DNA of 63,940 nucleotides, filler included, from Phoronis australis (Eukaryota > Animalia > Phoronida): the NCBI GenBank assembly GCA_002633005.1. It is 9 parts of 9 records of this genome, joined end to end, with 100 filler letters (N's around TTAATTAATTAA, not from the genome) between each part and the next. Parts side by side here need not be neighbours in the genome. Positions count along the whole stretch, not along the records: positions 42,416 to 52,008 come from NMRA01001802.1; positions 52,109 to 58,321 come from NMRA01002201.1; positions 58,422 to 61,424 come from NMRA01003284.1; positions 61,525 to 63,940 come from NMRA01003679.1; 5 more parts are not named here. The stretch is one strand, 5' to 3'. Below are positions 50,298 to 62,565 of this stretch, one piece after another. Under the pieces are notes generated by a model that was not told the origin of the DNA, searched no databases, and saw only the letters and a list, made by a program, of their open reading frames with translations. The translations under genes and the position numbers were made by a program. Position 1 is the first letter of the stretch, and each line of letters opens with the position of its first letter.

Positions 50298-51274
50298 ATT
50301 ACAATACAATAGCCTAGCACTTGCAGCAAGAAATATATGTTGATGGAATTGGAAGAGTGAATTCTATCCTGTAAATCATAAATTCATTCCCATAATTCAA
50401 TTTTCTTGCCTCACCAACCAATCACTTCAGAGACTGACATTTTCACTTGTAGGGTCATGTGCACCCTTGTAAAACGCGCTCCTTTCACTGGCGTGATTTT
50501 GCGTGGTCTTGCGTGTTCTCTTGTTCTATCTAGAAATTTGATTTAAGGAACGCATCCCTGGTCCATTAAGTTACATGTCGTGGCAAGTTAGCTTGAATCG
50601 CTGTGGCACTTTGGAATTCCATGCAGTTCATTTTGATTGATTTTAATCCAGAGGATAACAAGGCTGTGATGTTGGAAGGGCAACTAGGCCCTCGAAGAAA
50701 GTTGATGTTTTTAACACCAGAATGGGTTTATAGCAACTTTAAGCAAGATTGCTGTCTCACTGACAATTAGAAAAGCGTAACTCTGTAACTAGAGCTGTTT
50801 CATTTAAAGTTGACCTGTCCGTATTTGTTGTTCTGAAATATGCATACACTGGGTTCATAATCTAACAGATCGGAGGCACGTGCTAAGAAAAGATTAACTG
50901 CATGTGATAACATCAAATGTCACATATAAAGAACAGGTGAACAACAGTTTATCAACATTTAATGGGTGTTTACATCTCCAGCACTGATCTGTCAAGATTT
51001 ATCCATTTTGACACTCGACTGCAAGTTTGAACTGCTTGGCTGTAACATTTCTGGCAATAATCAGATGGGACATGCTCACATTTTGAGAATCAGTTTGATG
51101 GACATTATTAAGTGGAGAAAATTGGGGGAACATTATATCCAACTGTTTCCACATTTCACATAATTTCTTTCCTTTGGCTATGCTTTAATAAACTGTTTCA
51201 AATTAAAATGGCTTGGAGACATCTGGTGGTCATGTTGGGAGTTACTCGGTAACACCCTTTGTTGTCTGTTCCAG

Positions 51275-51347
51275 ACATTCCAGTCATCCCTGACCTTGAA
51301 GACACCCAAGAGGAAGACATGACATCACAGATGGCAATGGCACCAAA
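51275..51347 (+). CDS. IFT43: IFT43 exon, conserved core (DIPVIPDLEDTQEEDMTSQMAMAP)
   Basis: 73 bp, phase 1/2; matches the IFT43 DIP.IPDLE..QEED...Q.A..P signature. Confidence 0.9.
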
Positions 51348-52008
51348 GTACGAGACTCTATTTATACATCTTAACTCTCAGGGCATCAAGAAGTTTCAAA
51401 GAAACATTAAATGAGTTTGTTTACAATTTAAATGTTTATATTGCCAAAAAAACAATCATCGTTGGCTCTGGTCTTTGGTTGTTTTGAAAACTGAATGGGT
51501 GAGGTATTATTTAGTTGTCCACTTTTCTGGAAAAAAACATTCACCTGAGTTTAACAAAAGTGAGGTTTTCTTTTTCTCAGCTCAAACCAATTTTGGTGTT
51601 GCAGCTACACACTGATTATGGACACATGTCTCAAAGCAAAATTGATGTCAGATCAAAAGTCAACTTCTACAGGTTTTCTACCTTTGCAAAGTTAAATTCT
51701 GCTATTATGTAGATATTTGGGTAAATGCAGAGACTTGGTGATAACGTTCTACATAACCGTTAGATGATAACAGCATAGCCTGTTATTTGTATAAAAGACA
51801 TGCAAAACATGTCAGTTCCTGTGTCATTGATATAACCTGAACCCGTGTCTTTTGAATAATAGGATAACCGTCTTGCTAATTTCAAAGTCTTACTCGCTCA
51901 ACTTTTGGTCACATTTATTAGGACAGTTTCTGCTTACAGGGTATGTGATACACAGCATAAATCTAAGCAAAACCATTGCACAGTTCCATGTATGCCAAAA
52001 TGTAATTC

Positions 52009-52108
52009 NNNNNNNNNNNNNNNNNNNNNNNNNNNNNNNNNNNNNNNNNNNNTTAATTAATTAANNNNNNNNNNNNNNNNNNNNNNNNNNNNNNNNNNNN
52101 NNNNNNNN
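52009..52108. other. Artificial contig linker
   Basis: 44N-TTAATTAATTAA-44N. Confidence 0.98.
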
Positions 52109-52210
52109 AAATACAAACAAAAAATCCATTGTGGGCATTTAGCTAAACATGGGCATTAAAATGGCTGAATTTGGTATTGCTTTTTATGGTGTCGCCCATT
52201 TAAATGTTTT

Positions 52211-53824
52211 CTATATGGCTGTTGTCATCAGTTCCTTTATTGCGCGATTCCAGTTGCTCAAAGACAATGTATGATTTGCGTGATGCCGACCTGCGTTCCT
52301 TGTATTGTGGTTTATCATGGCCTGTGCCATCCCTGGTTTATCCTCTTTTAAACTTGACTTAGAAGAGGCATGCTGAAAACCCAAAAACTTTTCTGAATCT
52401 ACGAGCTTCGGAACTTCGACTGGCGAATCTGTACCTGCTTGAAAGTCTGGATTAGCAACCTCATAGCCTGTGATTTCATTACTTGACACTTCTGATATAC
52501 TTTCCTGAAAATCGGTCACATCTCGTGGCTGAAATCTCAGTTGACTAAGAGGCAAATAAATTGGCCTGCTGTTTCTCTGAGCTTTCATGTGCGTCAGAAG
52601 TGATGGTGCTGGCCCTTGAACTGAAGGAATGGACCTTGGGCTCTTGCAGTTTGGACTACCTCTAGTCTGCATGAATGGATGATGCGCTCTATATGTTTCC
52701 TCCATGCTGGTTGTTTCTGTTGCCAACAGTTTAGGCTGAGGGTTAAATGCGTAACTCGTAGGTGCATCTGGACTTTGTTTTCCAGTCGGCTGGATGCTAA
52801 TTTCTTTTTTCTGTGCATTTCCTAGTTGCTGAGCGTAATCCGATTTTTGTGCTTTTGCCGACTGTATTGTTTTTGCTGGCTTTTGTGCTTTTCCTAACTT
52901 CTTTGCTTTTTCAAATGTCCTTTTTCTAGCGTTTTCCTTCAGCATCCTCAGACGAAATTGCAGCTCGGTGATTATATCCATTTTCCAGACACAGGCTAAA
53001 AATATGACAGCAGTTTTGGCAAACACACATATTTGGGCTGCAACGTGTACATTGGTGTCATTGGGATTTGTAAACTGCAGGAAATGCAGCACCATGTTCA
53101 CAGTCATGGAGATGGAACACGCCGCATTGCGTATTGTATTCATGGTCTCGCCTTGACTCATTTGGTCTTGGTTCCTTGATGTTTTACTACGTAAACACGT
53201 GAACAGGGTCACAGAGCAGGTGGCGTACAGCAGGAAGTTAGCCAATACGAAACAACTGGATGGCACGACAAAGAAAATCAGCAGTCCTGATACCTTAGAT
53301 ATGAAGCAATAGCCGCCACCAATTCCTAAGCTGAAACCCAAAATTTCCTGCTCACTCTGTGTTGTGCTGATGAATGGCAACAAGAATATGGGCCAAACAA
53401 AAGCTAAAGGTATTATCCAACTGTAGAGCGTATAAGTGATGTATTGTTTTTTATGTGACTTCATCCTCTGGATGTAGTGCGTGAGGTTCCACCAGTTGTC
53501 TATGGCACTCATCTTCAACCATGAGAATGCTGCCAACCAGAAATATTCAGTCAAGATGGCTCCCATCAAGCACAGCACTTTGCTACCTGTTAGTCTCAGA
53601 GTAAACATGGTGATAAGTTCTTGCATGGCGTGAGAAAGGCACATGTTGATGACGCAGTATCCCCCGGTAGTGTGCAGGCGCGGTATCACGATGTAGACTA
53701 GAGCTGTGGCAATCAGAATGACAATACTGACAGTGGTGAATATTCCATCAAAATATTGCAGAGGCATGTCCAAGCTGTCCTGTGTTTGGTTCAAGGAATT
53801 TGTAAACTGGCGGACTGGTGTCAT
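52211..53824 (-). CDS. Family-B (Methuselah-like/adhesion-type) 7TM GPCR, intronless 7TM with long low-complexity C-tail, 537 aa
   Basis: LIATALVYIVIPRLHTTGG, LC...ILTEYFWLAAFSW, YTLYSWIIP, CFI...LLIFFVVP...LANF: 7tm_2-like motifs. TM6/7 are divergent. Confidence 0.85.
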   Translation of the reverse strand: MTPVRQFTNSLNQTQDSLDMPLQYFDGIFTTVSIVILIATALVYIVIPRLHTTGGYCVINMCLSHAMQELITMFTLRLTGSKVLCLMGAILTEYFWLAAFSWLKMSAIDNWWNLTHYIQRMKSHKKQYITYTLYSWIIPLAFVWPIFLLPFISTTQSEQEILGFSLGIGGGYCFISKVSGLLIFFVVPSSCFVLANFLLYATCSVTLFTCLRSKTSRNQDQMSQGETMNTIRNAACSISMTVNMVLHFLQFTNPNDTNVHVAAQICVFAKTAVIFLACVWKMDIITELQFRLRMLKENARKRTFEKAKKLGKAQKPAKTIQSAKAQKSDYAQQLGNAQKKEISIQPTGKQSPDAPTSYAFNPQPKLLATETTSMEETYRAHHPFMQTRGSPNCKSPRSIPSVQGPAPSLLTHMKAQRNSRPIYLPLSQLRFQPRDVTDFQESISEVSSNEITGYEVANPDFQAGTDSPVEVPKLVDSEKFLGFQHASSKSSLKEDKPGMAQAMINHNTRNAGRHHANHTLSLSNWNRAIKELMTTAI

Positions 53825-54322
53825 CTTTGTTATCTCTGCTGATCATGAATTGTCTACACTCCCTGACTGCTCAGTTTCTTCTGTTGTTAGTGTTGTATTG
53901 CAAGCTTTCATGCCAACGTGCCAGATGTGTTATTGGCTGCATATGGTGTACTACTCTGCATATATAAAATCTGTAGATAAAGGGAAAATGGTTTTGTTGA
54001 GAGGCACTCTTACGTAACCCCTGCATGATATAGTTGGCTAGTTATAAGTTTTTTTTGTTCTGTGATTGTGTGAATTTCATTGAAGTGCCTAAAGGACAAT
54101 ATTATCTTTTTGAAAGCATTTTTGGTAAATTTGGCATGTTTCACATACTTTGAAAGCTGTTATGAACCTTTATAGCCAATTTCAGTTAAAATAAAAGTGA
54201 TGAAAATTACAATTCTTCAAGTCGTACAGTGCAAACACTGAGTGATTGTTTGGCTGAATAGCTGTTGTAGTTTTGTTATCTGTTTCTGGCTTCATTGCTC
54301 AAGTCAAGATTTTAGTGACTGT

Positions 54323-54787
54323 CACTCTCATCTGGGTGAAACGATCTGCAGTCTCATCTGTGTGAAAGGGTCTGCACTCTCTGTGTGAATTGGTCTGCAC
54401 TCTTATCTGTGTGAAATGGTCTGCACTCTCATCTGTGTGAAACTGTCTGCACTCTCATCTGTATGAAACTGTTTGCACTCTCATTTGTGTGAAACGGTCT
54501 GCACTCTCATCTGTGTGAAACGGTCTGCACTCTCATCTGTGTGAAACAGTCTGCACTCTCATCTGTGTGAAACTGTCTGCACTCTCATCTGTGTGAAACT
54601 GTCTGCACTCTCATCTGTGTGAATTGGTCTGCACTATTATCTGTGTGAAACTGTCTGGCTTGCACTCTCATCTGTGTGAATTGGTCTGCACTTTTATCTG
54701 TGTGAAACTGTCTGCACTCTTATCTCTGTGAAACGGTCTGCACTCTCATTTGTGTGAAACGGCCTGCATTCACATCTGTGTGAAACA
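54323..54787. repeat. 26-bp minisatellite (CTGCACTCTCATCTGTGTGAAACGGT), about 18 imperfect copies
   Basis: Direct reading; contiguous units without spacers. Confidence 0.95.
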
Positions 54788-55155
54788 GATTTCCCAGATT
54801 GTGGTCAATGTACCTGTAAGTTGGGTCCAGAAGCATTATAACATAAGCAGTAATTTAATTGTGAAATAACTCAAATGGGTAATTTATTTTAAATCGTAAT
54901 CTATTTTGTAAGTTTTCATAACAGGGCGTGCAAGATGATTTCTATGAAGTCGTAATCAAAGCACCTACTAAACCAAGTTACGCTCCAAGCTGTCTGAAAT
55001 GACGTTTGGAAAAATTGTTTAGCCATAGTTTTACATGCATCCTATATATTTTTAGAAAATTGCCATGGGTAAGTAATTACGAGTTAAGAATCGCATAGTG
55101 TAAGTGTAGTAAGGACTGAATAAAGTGGTGTTCATTGCCTAGCATTTAATTGCAC

Positions 55156-56386
55156 TAAAGGTCGAAGTGGTATAATAGCTCACTTGCGAGTTTCTCGCTA
55201 GTCACTGTGACGTCACCGGAAAGGGGGCAAAACCCGCCATATTGCTCTNNNNNNNNNNNNNNNAATTTTACGCTTAAAACGTTAAAACAACTTAAGATAT
55301 GGTAGATGGGTCGTGGAATAACTGTGAATGGACGAAGAATTGAAAATGTGAACTTGTTATGTTGTGCGAAGCTGTGAACGGACTGAAATTGGAACTTAAC
55401 CCGCTCTAGGCCTGAATGGCGCAGGCATACAGGGGCGATAGTGTATCCCCATAAAAATATATTCATTTCAAAATACAGCAAATAAAATCAAATGAAACAT
55501 GCATATGTGCACATGAAGTTATAATTAACACATACCCTGACTCTGGACACAATTTAGTCTACAAATAACTTGAGCATATTCATGAAAACCTCGCGGTTCT
55601 CTCGAGTTTCTCTCACTAGCTGCCATTTTGAGGAAGTTACGTGAAATCACGCCTGTTGACGAACAAAAAGTCCAAGGGACACAAACTTTACAAATTTCAC
55701 TTGATATTTTCTCATGCTATTTTGCAAGTGTCACGCGCCAGATCTCGCGCTTCGCTCAGTCTCGCGCTAGCCTTTGCGTCATACTCACCTGACTCACGCC
55801 AAAGTCACCTGAATTCCCGTATATATGTTCATCGAAGATATGTTTAGAATCAGAAAGAGTCACTGAAGAAAGTAAGAGCCTTTTAGGTGGTAATTTTAGG
55901 TGCAGAATGTATTTTTGACGAGGTGATAACAGTAACCACAAAGTGGAGTTGGAATTTTTCGCCAAAGTCACCTGAATTCTCTTATATATGCTTCATCGAA
56001 GATGTTTAGAAGCAGAAAGAGTCACTGAAGAAAGTAAGACCCTTTTAGGTGGTAATTTTAGGTGTAGAATGTATTTTTGACGAGGTAAAAACTTTACCAG
56101 TGAGCGGATTTCGCCTACCGCCCATTTAAAATACACGGGACGAAATTAGTACAGAACGCGATAGAACGTATTGTAGTGCGAATCTGAAGTTCATTTGCCA
56201 TAACAGCAATGCTTTTGGACCTTTTTCGAACTAAACGGCTAAAAACTCGAAGACAATAACAGAATACACTGTGCTACCGTATTGGGCAAATGACCAAACG
56301 ACAAGCTTTTGCCCCACTTCCCGTGACGTCACAGTTATGTCTCACATAATCTCGCGTTATTGTTATAAACTCGCAAAAGGCCTATT
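55156..56386. mobile_element. Probable non-autonomous DNA transposon with subterminal inverted repeats and an internal about 128-bp direct repeat
   Basis: CTGTGACGTCACCGGAAAGGGGGCAAAA (about 55205) is inverted at about 56307-56335. Direct repeat 55797-55924 / 55960-56086. Confidence 0.55.
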
Positions 56387-56901
56387 GCAACCTACTCTAC
56401 CACTCAAACCTGACCGGCAAAAATGACCACCGCAGTGTCAATCGTATTTACAGACAAGTGAACCCTGTGAAAATACAGCATTGAACTGCTAGCTGTCATA
56501 AACACACTTTACACTCAAGGAATAACTAACCGAACGAAAAGCTGCAATTATGTGACTGTTTAAACAAAAAGTTAATGTAGGAACAAGTTGCCTGTTGTCA
56601 CCATGGTGTCAATTTTATCACCAGCTTTCGAGGTAGAACAACTTGTGCCCAATCACTTCGTTTCATGACAACTACACACATCTAAATACGAAACTGGGCC
56701 AAGGTGCATGCAATCATGTCAGCTGTGTTTGCACAATAGCAATAGCTAAAGGCAACCATTTTGAGCCACATCTATACCAGACTTCATATCGCTTTTAACC
56801 ATTTCATTCAAGCACGTTTCTATTTATAAATATGCAAGAACGTTCATCATTTTCTTTCTCGACATAAACAGCAACCTTTCTGCAAGCCACCAGTTCCGAG
56901 T

Positions 56902-56962
56902 TGTGTGTTTGTGTGTGTGCGTGTGTGCGTGCGTGCGTGCGTGCATGCGTGTGTGTGTGTGT
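56902..56962. repeat. (GT)n/(GCGT)n microsatellite
   Basis: Direct reading. Confidence 0.9.
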
Positions 56963-58247
56963 TAATGGGTTTGCAATAAATTTTGTTGTATCCTTTATAT
57001 CATATCTTAATAACTTTATTCTAAACCGGCCAATCAGCTCCCATAACTCAAGTTAAAATGGACACTCAGTCACTCAAGCTTACTCACTTGACTGCGGTGA
57101 CCAAATGCTGATTACTGTGTCCTAACAAGGGTATCTAAAACCTGAGTTAATGCAGGGTACCCATTTGGACACCTCATAGATGAAGACCTGCTTGTATGTA
57201 TCTAATATGGCAGGATATTTCCCAGAGTGTTAAAAGAAATATTTTGCAAGGTCCACCTGCCATAAAATATGCCATTGACATGCCGCAGAGTAGTCAAAAG
57301 ATACAAAAATGTCCAACACATCAAAGTATACCTAAATGCCGAACAAATTGCATTTCGTCCTTGTCAACTTATGGCTTGTCTAATGGACACCAGAATCAGA
57401 AACTGATCAGGCGACAGGTACATTAATTTAAGCTCTCACAGTGCTAGAGAGTAATGTATGTTAATGTTTCCTTGTCACACCAACTCATAACAATTAGGAA
57501 GTTAAACAAAACTGTCACCAAATTTTAATTAAAATTAGGCGACAAATCTTTGGGAGAATTTAACTTCAATCAGTTAGTGCTTTAAAATACAGTNAATGCT
57601 ATCTCACCCACAGAATATACTGCACTAGGGAAGTAACGGTAGGCTAGTAGCAAGATCTGTCATGTTTCAAGGAATACAAATGCCAAATTTAGCAAACCTC
57701 CTATAACGGTTTAGGAGATAGGGCCACTAGAGAGCAACACAGCAGTTGAAGTCATCAGGAAAATAACATCAGCCAAGTTTTCTCAGTAATGAACATCTCT
57801 GCCAATTTTTATTGATTTAATGAGCAGTTTGGTGAATAGACAAGACAGACAACAAAAAACAAACTCAGAAATAGTAAAAAATGGCCACAAAGTGGTGCAG
57901 AATATTGAATTGAAATTTCTTTATTACAGACCCTCATAATGCATCCATCCTACTCATGGGCAGTACGGGCAATACAGAGTAATGCTCATAAAAAAAGAAT
58001 GATTTAATATTATAAGTTAACCAGTAATGTTGAAACATGCTACAAATGTTTCAGATAAAGACAACTCTTTCCTGCACGCATATACACAGTTGGGTTAATT
58101 TTACAACGCCTTAATTTAAGAATTTCTAGCATTGTTGTTATTTTCCCAACAATATCTCTCGGTGACATGGGAATTGCATTTACAGACCTTGCTCTACACC
58201 TGAAGATGGGTGATTATTTCATGACATTTCAGAAAAAGCTCTTGTAT

Positions 58248-58321
58248 CAGGGCTCGACATAACGAGCTGCAGGTCGCATTTGCGACCTGAAATTTGGAAA
58301 TGCGAGCTGAGATTTTTGTCA
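58248..58321 (+). mobile_element. Left end of the hAT-like element seen at 36966, cut by contig end
   Basis: 74 bp identical to 36966-37039. Confidence 0.9.
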
Positions 58322-58421
58322 NNNNNNNNNNNNNNNNNNNNNNNNNNNNNNNNNNNNNNNNNNNNTTAATTAATTAANNNNNNNNNNNNNNNNNNNNNNN
58401 NNNNNNNNNNNNNNNNNNNNN
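58322..58421. other. Artificial contig linker
   Basis: 44N-TTAATTAATTAA-44N. Confidence 0.98.
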
Positions 58422-58849
58422 TTTGATGGTTTAGTCGGTGCGAGGCATAATTCGCCGAAAAGCTTCCGGCGTACAGAGCGCCTATAGCCTCTACATCGTC
58501 TCTGGTTCGGGCCAACAGAGGCGATGGTCATTGCCTAATCTCGGACCTGAGACAGCATGCTTGATGGTGAGCCCTCGTCCTAGACCAGGAGTCGACGACC
58601 TTAATGCGAGACAGTCTTGGGGTTCATCTGTCGGGCGGCTATTCTGGGAAGAACAAATCCAAGAGTAAAATCTTGTGACGTAGTCCAGGAGTAAAATCCT
58701 GTGATGAACACAGGACTAGGATTCTGTGTTCACTAGGCAATGACCATCACCTCTTTTGTCCCGAACCAGAGGCGATGCAGCTCCTATAGGCACTCTGTAT
58801 GCCGGAAGGTTTTCAGTGAATTATGCCTCTCACCGACTAAACCATCAAA
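58422..58849. repeat. Long inverted repeat (116-bp arms, about 88% identical, 196-bp loop); foldback/MITE-like
   Basis: Arms 58422-58537 and 58734-58849; 14 mismatches by manual count. Confidence 0.9.
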
Positions 58850-58934
58850 GTCACGTTGTTATAAATACCTTTTTGCGTATAGAGGAACACCTTAGGAAGT
58901 TGTCGATGTGTTTAATTCCTTTCAACTCGAGCAA

Positions 58935-59465
58935 ATACTCCCGTTATGAATCTTTTCCTTCGAGCAGTCCCTATTTCAGTTCCCAAAATCGTGAAATCAA
59001 CATTTTCATTTTTTAACCAGGCCGAAGGTCAGAAGTTGCGGTCCTACTGACGAACTTTGAAAGCTGAAGTTCCCGCCCTTTGTGTACATGCTGCCGGGAA
59101 CTAACCGTGCATTTGCCGTGTTGTTAAATATTAAAATGTCAAATATGTGCACAAAGACTATTAAATGTCATATCAACAGCATTTATTTTTATCAAATACA
59201 AACAATAATTCATTGAAATTCAATCAGTTTCAAGTAACGCCAGTTAAAGACAAGTATAAGTGGTGGCATTTTGGAAACGAACATTTGACTGACAAGACCG
59301 CAATGGCTCACCTTTGGCCTATTTAAAGATTGAGGTCATGAAGTCACATCACCTAGCGAGCGCGGTAAAAATTGGAGCGTGCGCAGCATAAAAATGNTGT
59401 TGATTTCACAATTTTGGGAACTGAAATAGGGACTGCTGGAAGAAAAAGTTTCATAACGGGAGTAT
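58935..59465. repeat. Second inverted repeat (68-bp arms)
   Basis: 58935-59002 vs 59398-59465; single N at 59397. Confidence 0.8.
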
Positions 59466-60026
59466 GTGATGGCGGACGATCATTGGAGCCTGACGGCGAT
59501 AGGTGTTCGGACTATAAATTTCATTGACGCGTCCATTCATTGATTCACTTGTGAATTTTAAGCGACTTCGACTGTATTGCACTCGCTCAGAAAGGCGCAA
59601 GATACACAGGCTAGTCGATGGACCTTACTCTAAGTAGGGCTGGTTACCCTCTTGTCAGTCCTGTATATTGTACCAACCTATGTCCTATATCATTGGGAGC
59701 GTGCCGGAAGATTTTTGACAAATTTTGCCTCGAACTGACTAAGCTACCAGAATCACTCGTGTCTGTTGAGCATAGAGGGACATGTCAGGAGGCCATTGGT
59801 GACTTCATTTCTTTGCAACTATGACAAATACTCCTGCAAATTCTGTTTGAATATCTCTGTGCTCAATTCTCATTGATCAAAATTCCAGTAGATATGCTTT
59901 TCTGTACTAATTGTTCCTTGTTTTGGCACGAATTCTCTTTAACTTTTTCCTCATCTCCTCCCCAAGTATGCCTTCTTGTTCATGAATAATATGTGATCGT
60001 TCAAAGAATTGTTGTGTCTGTTTCAG

Positions 60027-60181
60027 AATGGGGAAAATTGTGTTTGAGTTGTATTGGAGGCATGCCCCTAATACATGCAGGAATTTTGCCGAGCTATCCA
60101 GGCGAGGGTACTACAATGGTGTGAAATTTCACAGAATCATCAAGGACTTCATGATACAGGGTGGCGATCCGACTGGGACTG
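60027..60181 (+). CDS. PPIL1: Cyclophilin-type peptidyl-prolyl isomerase-like 1, internal exon
   Basis: 155 bp, TTTCAG| ... G|GTAATG; [52 protein letters not shown]. Confidence 0.93.
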
Positions 60182-61329
60182 GTAATGTGTTATTTTAGCT
60201 GTTTAGAAATTTAGAGTTTAGCTGTTGTCATTGCTGTCTGCACTCTTACTGTTTGAAGAGGATGTCTGGCATTCTGTCTGTTGACATATATCTTTACTTG
60301 CATGTGTCGTGTAAATACATTCTTAAACCTCAACATGGCTTTGTAGTAGAACGACGAGCAAGTGACATATTTAAGGAACGTGCTCGACAGCCTACTAAGT
60401 TGATTTGAACAATGAATATTTTCATTTAGATCAATTAACATGTCAATGCGAAACTTGCAAATGTCTATATGATGTTCACGAAAGTAAATTTCTCTCATTT
60501 TTGTAACAGAGCAAGTCTGAACATCAAAAATGTGTATTTCACCTCTTCATGCATACATTTCAGTTCAGTTACACATGATGACGATCAGTTACATGTAAGC
60601 AAAGGAAGGAAACACCCTTCTCCTAAGCCTGTCTCTAGCGAAGTGCCCGACACATACAGTCGTGCCCGCATGCCCACGTAACAAAGGCACACTGAGACGC
60701 AACAAAGACATTAGCATAAGAATAACTGAACATTTGCAACTAAATAAGAATAACATTAAGCGTAAAGTTACTTACGTCCCGTCACATTTTTATAATAGAA
60801 AATCATGGTCTCTGTATCCAACCGGTCTCATATCAATATCTGTTGTTAGTTTTGTACCATTTCATCAATTGTCATCTTCTGACTGGGTTGTCTTACACCT
60901 AAATCATAAACATTGTCAGCATAATCTTGTGTGGTCATCCTCATTGTCATCTACATCATTGCCACCATGGACATGACATTAGTCATCAAGTTCACCCTCA
61001 CTCATTTTCAGTGACCGATGTGTTTGTGTACCATATAAAGTTAAGAACCTTAACACTATTATTAACATCTTCATAATGTTATATTTGAATGTCATGGCTG
61101 CAACATTATGGTAAACTATCTGTTTTTTATGTTTGGAGGAAAATTATAAAAAGAAAAAAGGATAAAAAGGAAAGGAAAAACCCTTTTGCTGTCATCCTCA
61201 TTGTCGTTTTCATCATAGCCACCATGGACATGGTGTTCATCATCGTGTCCACCATCACTCTTCATTTCCAACATACCGCCTCCTAAAACATGCTTGAAAT
61301 GTCCTTAAATTTGGGTTAGAGAGGACCTG

Positions 61330-61424
61330 GGCCCGGTCTCCAATCTCTGTACTCAGACTCATACTCATACTCGAGATTTCATACTCAAAATCGTGCTCAC
61401 TGGAGTCGTACTCGAAAAAGCGTA
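61330..61424 (-). mobile_element. End of the Harbinger-type element family seen at 16634-18022, cut by contig end
   Basis: Near-identical to the reverse complement of about 17928-18022; preceded by CTG. Confidence 0.9.
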
Positions 61425-61524
61425 NNNNNNNNNNNNNNNNNNNNNNNNNNNNNNNNNNNNNNNNNNNNTTAATTAATTAANNNNNNNNNNNNNNNNNNNN
61501 NNNNNNNNNNNNNNNNNNNNNNNN
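61425..61524. other. Artificial contig linker
   Basis: 44N-TTAATTAATTAA-44N. Confidence 0.98.
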
Positions 61525-62565
61525 CCCATTTGACGAAGTGGGCAAAAAGGTCCGCCTCAGAGAAACCACCAGACCGAGAAAACGAGACAAAAGTTCACTA
61601 AAAAGGCGCAGATGCACAGTGAAGATGGCACCCGGTTTTTTTTAGTCCTTCGGCTTTTTTGTCAGTAAAAGGTCCACATCGCCAGAAATTCTAGCCCCCC
61701 ACATTAAAGGCTGGGTGCACGCATGCCTAACCTTGAAGTTGCGTCGAGGAAAGTTAGTTTGAAGCATCATAATTTCTTCACTCGTGAACAGGCCTCCACC
61801 TAACGCGTGAAAAATAGGCCTGTTCACTACAGAAAAAGCTTCGCGGAAAAAATGGGCAACTCCATTCCGCCAAAATTTCAGCAATCCGCGAGCGTTCATG
61901 CGACTCGTGTAAATTCCGCAATTTCTATCTTACCCTAGCAACTAAAAATACCAACGGAAGGAAAAAATACGCCGCTGACACGAATGCAGCTATTTACAAG
62001 GTCTTGTCAACTAATTGAACACAACTGTATTTTGCTGCCTAGTTGCCTCAAGTTCTTTCCTAACGAAAGCCGATCCACCCTTCTTCGTCCCAGATTGCTG
62101 CATGGCCATCCACTACGGCTTCTTGCCACGAGCTGTTGAGTAACTCAGTCATAGCGTCAGATCACACGTTTAGATAAACCAAGTTTTTATAGCGAGGCAA
62201 CAGGGATTTAGAGACTTTTTGGAAATAAAGCGGGAATTCTTGTACCAAGCGCAGTGCGATAAACGTGTCGTCAATCTTGCGGTTTATGTGTCGAGATGCA
62301 TCGAGTAATTAATCATCAAGCTTGTGTAAACAACTATCCCAGCGTCTGGAGCGTATTCCACACTAAATTCCTCAAAATTTGGTGAAACCGGGAATGTGGT
62401 ATTTTTGCGTTCGCGTGATAATTTTTTCCGCAACCCCGATTCCGCAAAATATTGCGCAAAACATTACGCAAAAAAGAGTCACATGAACATGCCTGATGAA
62501 TAACCACTTCATAAACAGGTACCGGTGCTAGACTTGGTGGACAGAAAACGAACATCACGACTTAC

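Noticed and set aside
54323-54787. CRISPR-like array (also considered for 2061-2189 and 2272-2464)
   Set aside because: Units are contiguous with no unique spacers, there are no cas genes, and the context is eukaryotic. These are minisatellites.
59469-59502. ATGGCGGACGATCATTGG as PPIL1 exon 1
   Set aside because: Peptide does not match the PPIL1 N-terminus and no phase-2 donor is available.
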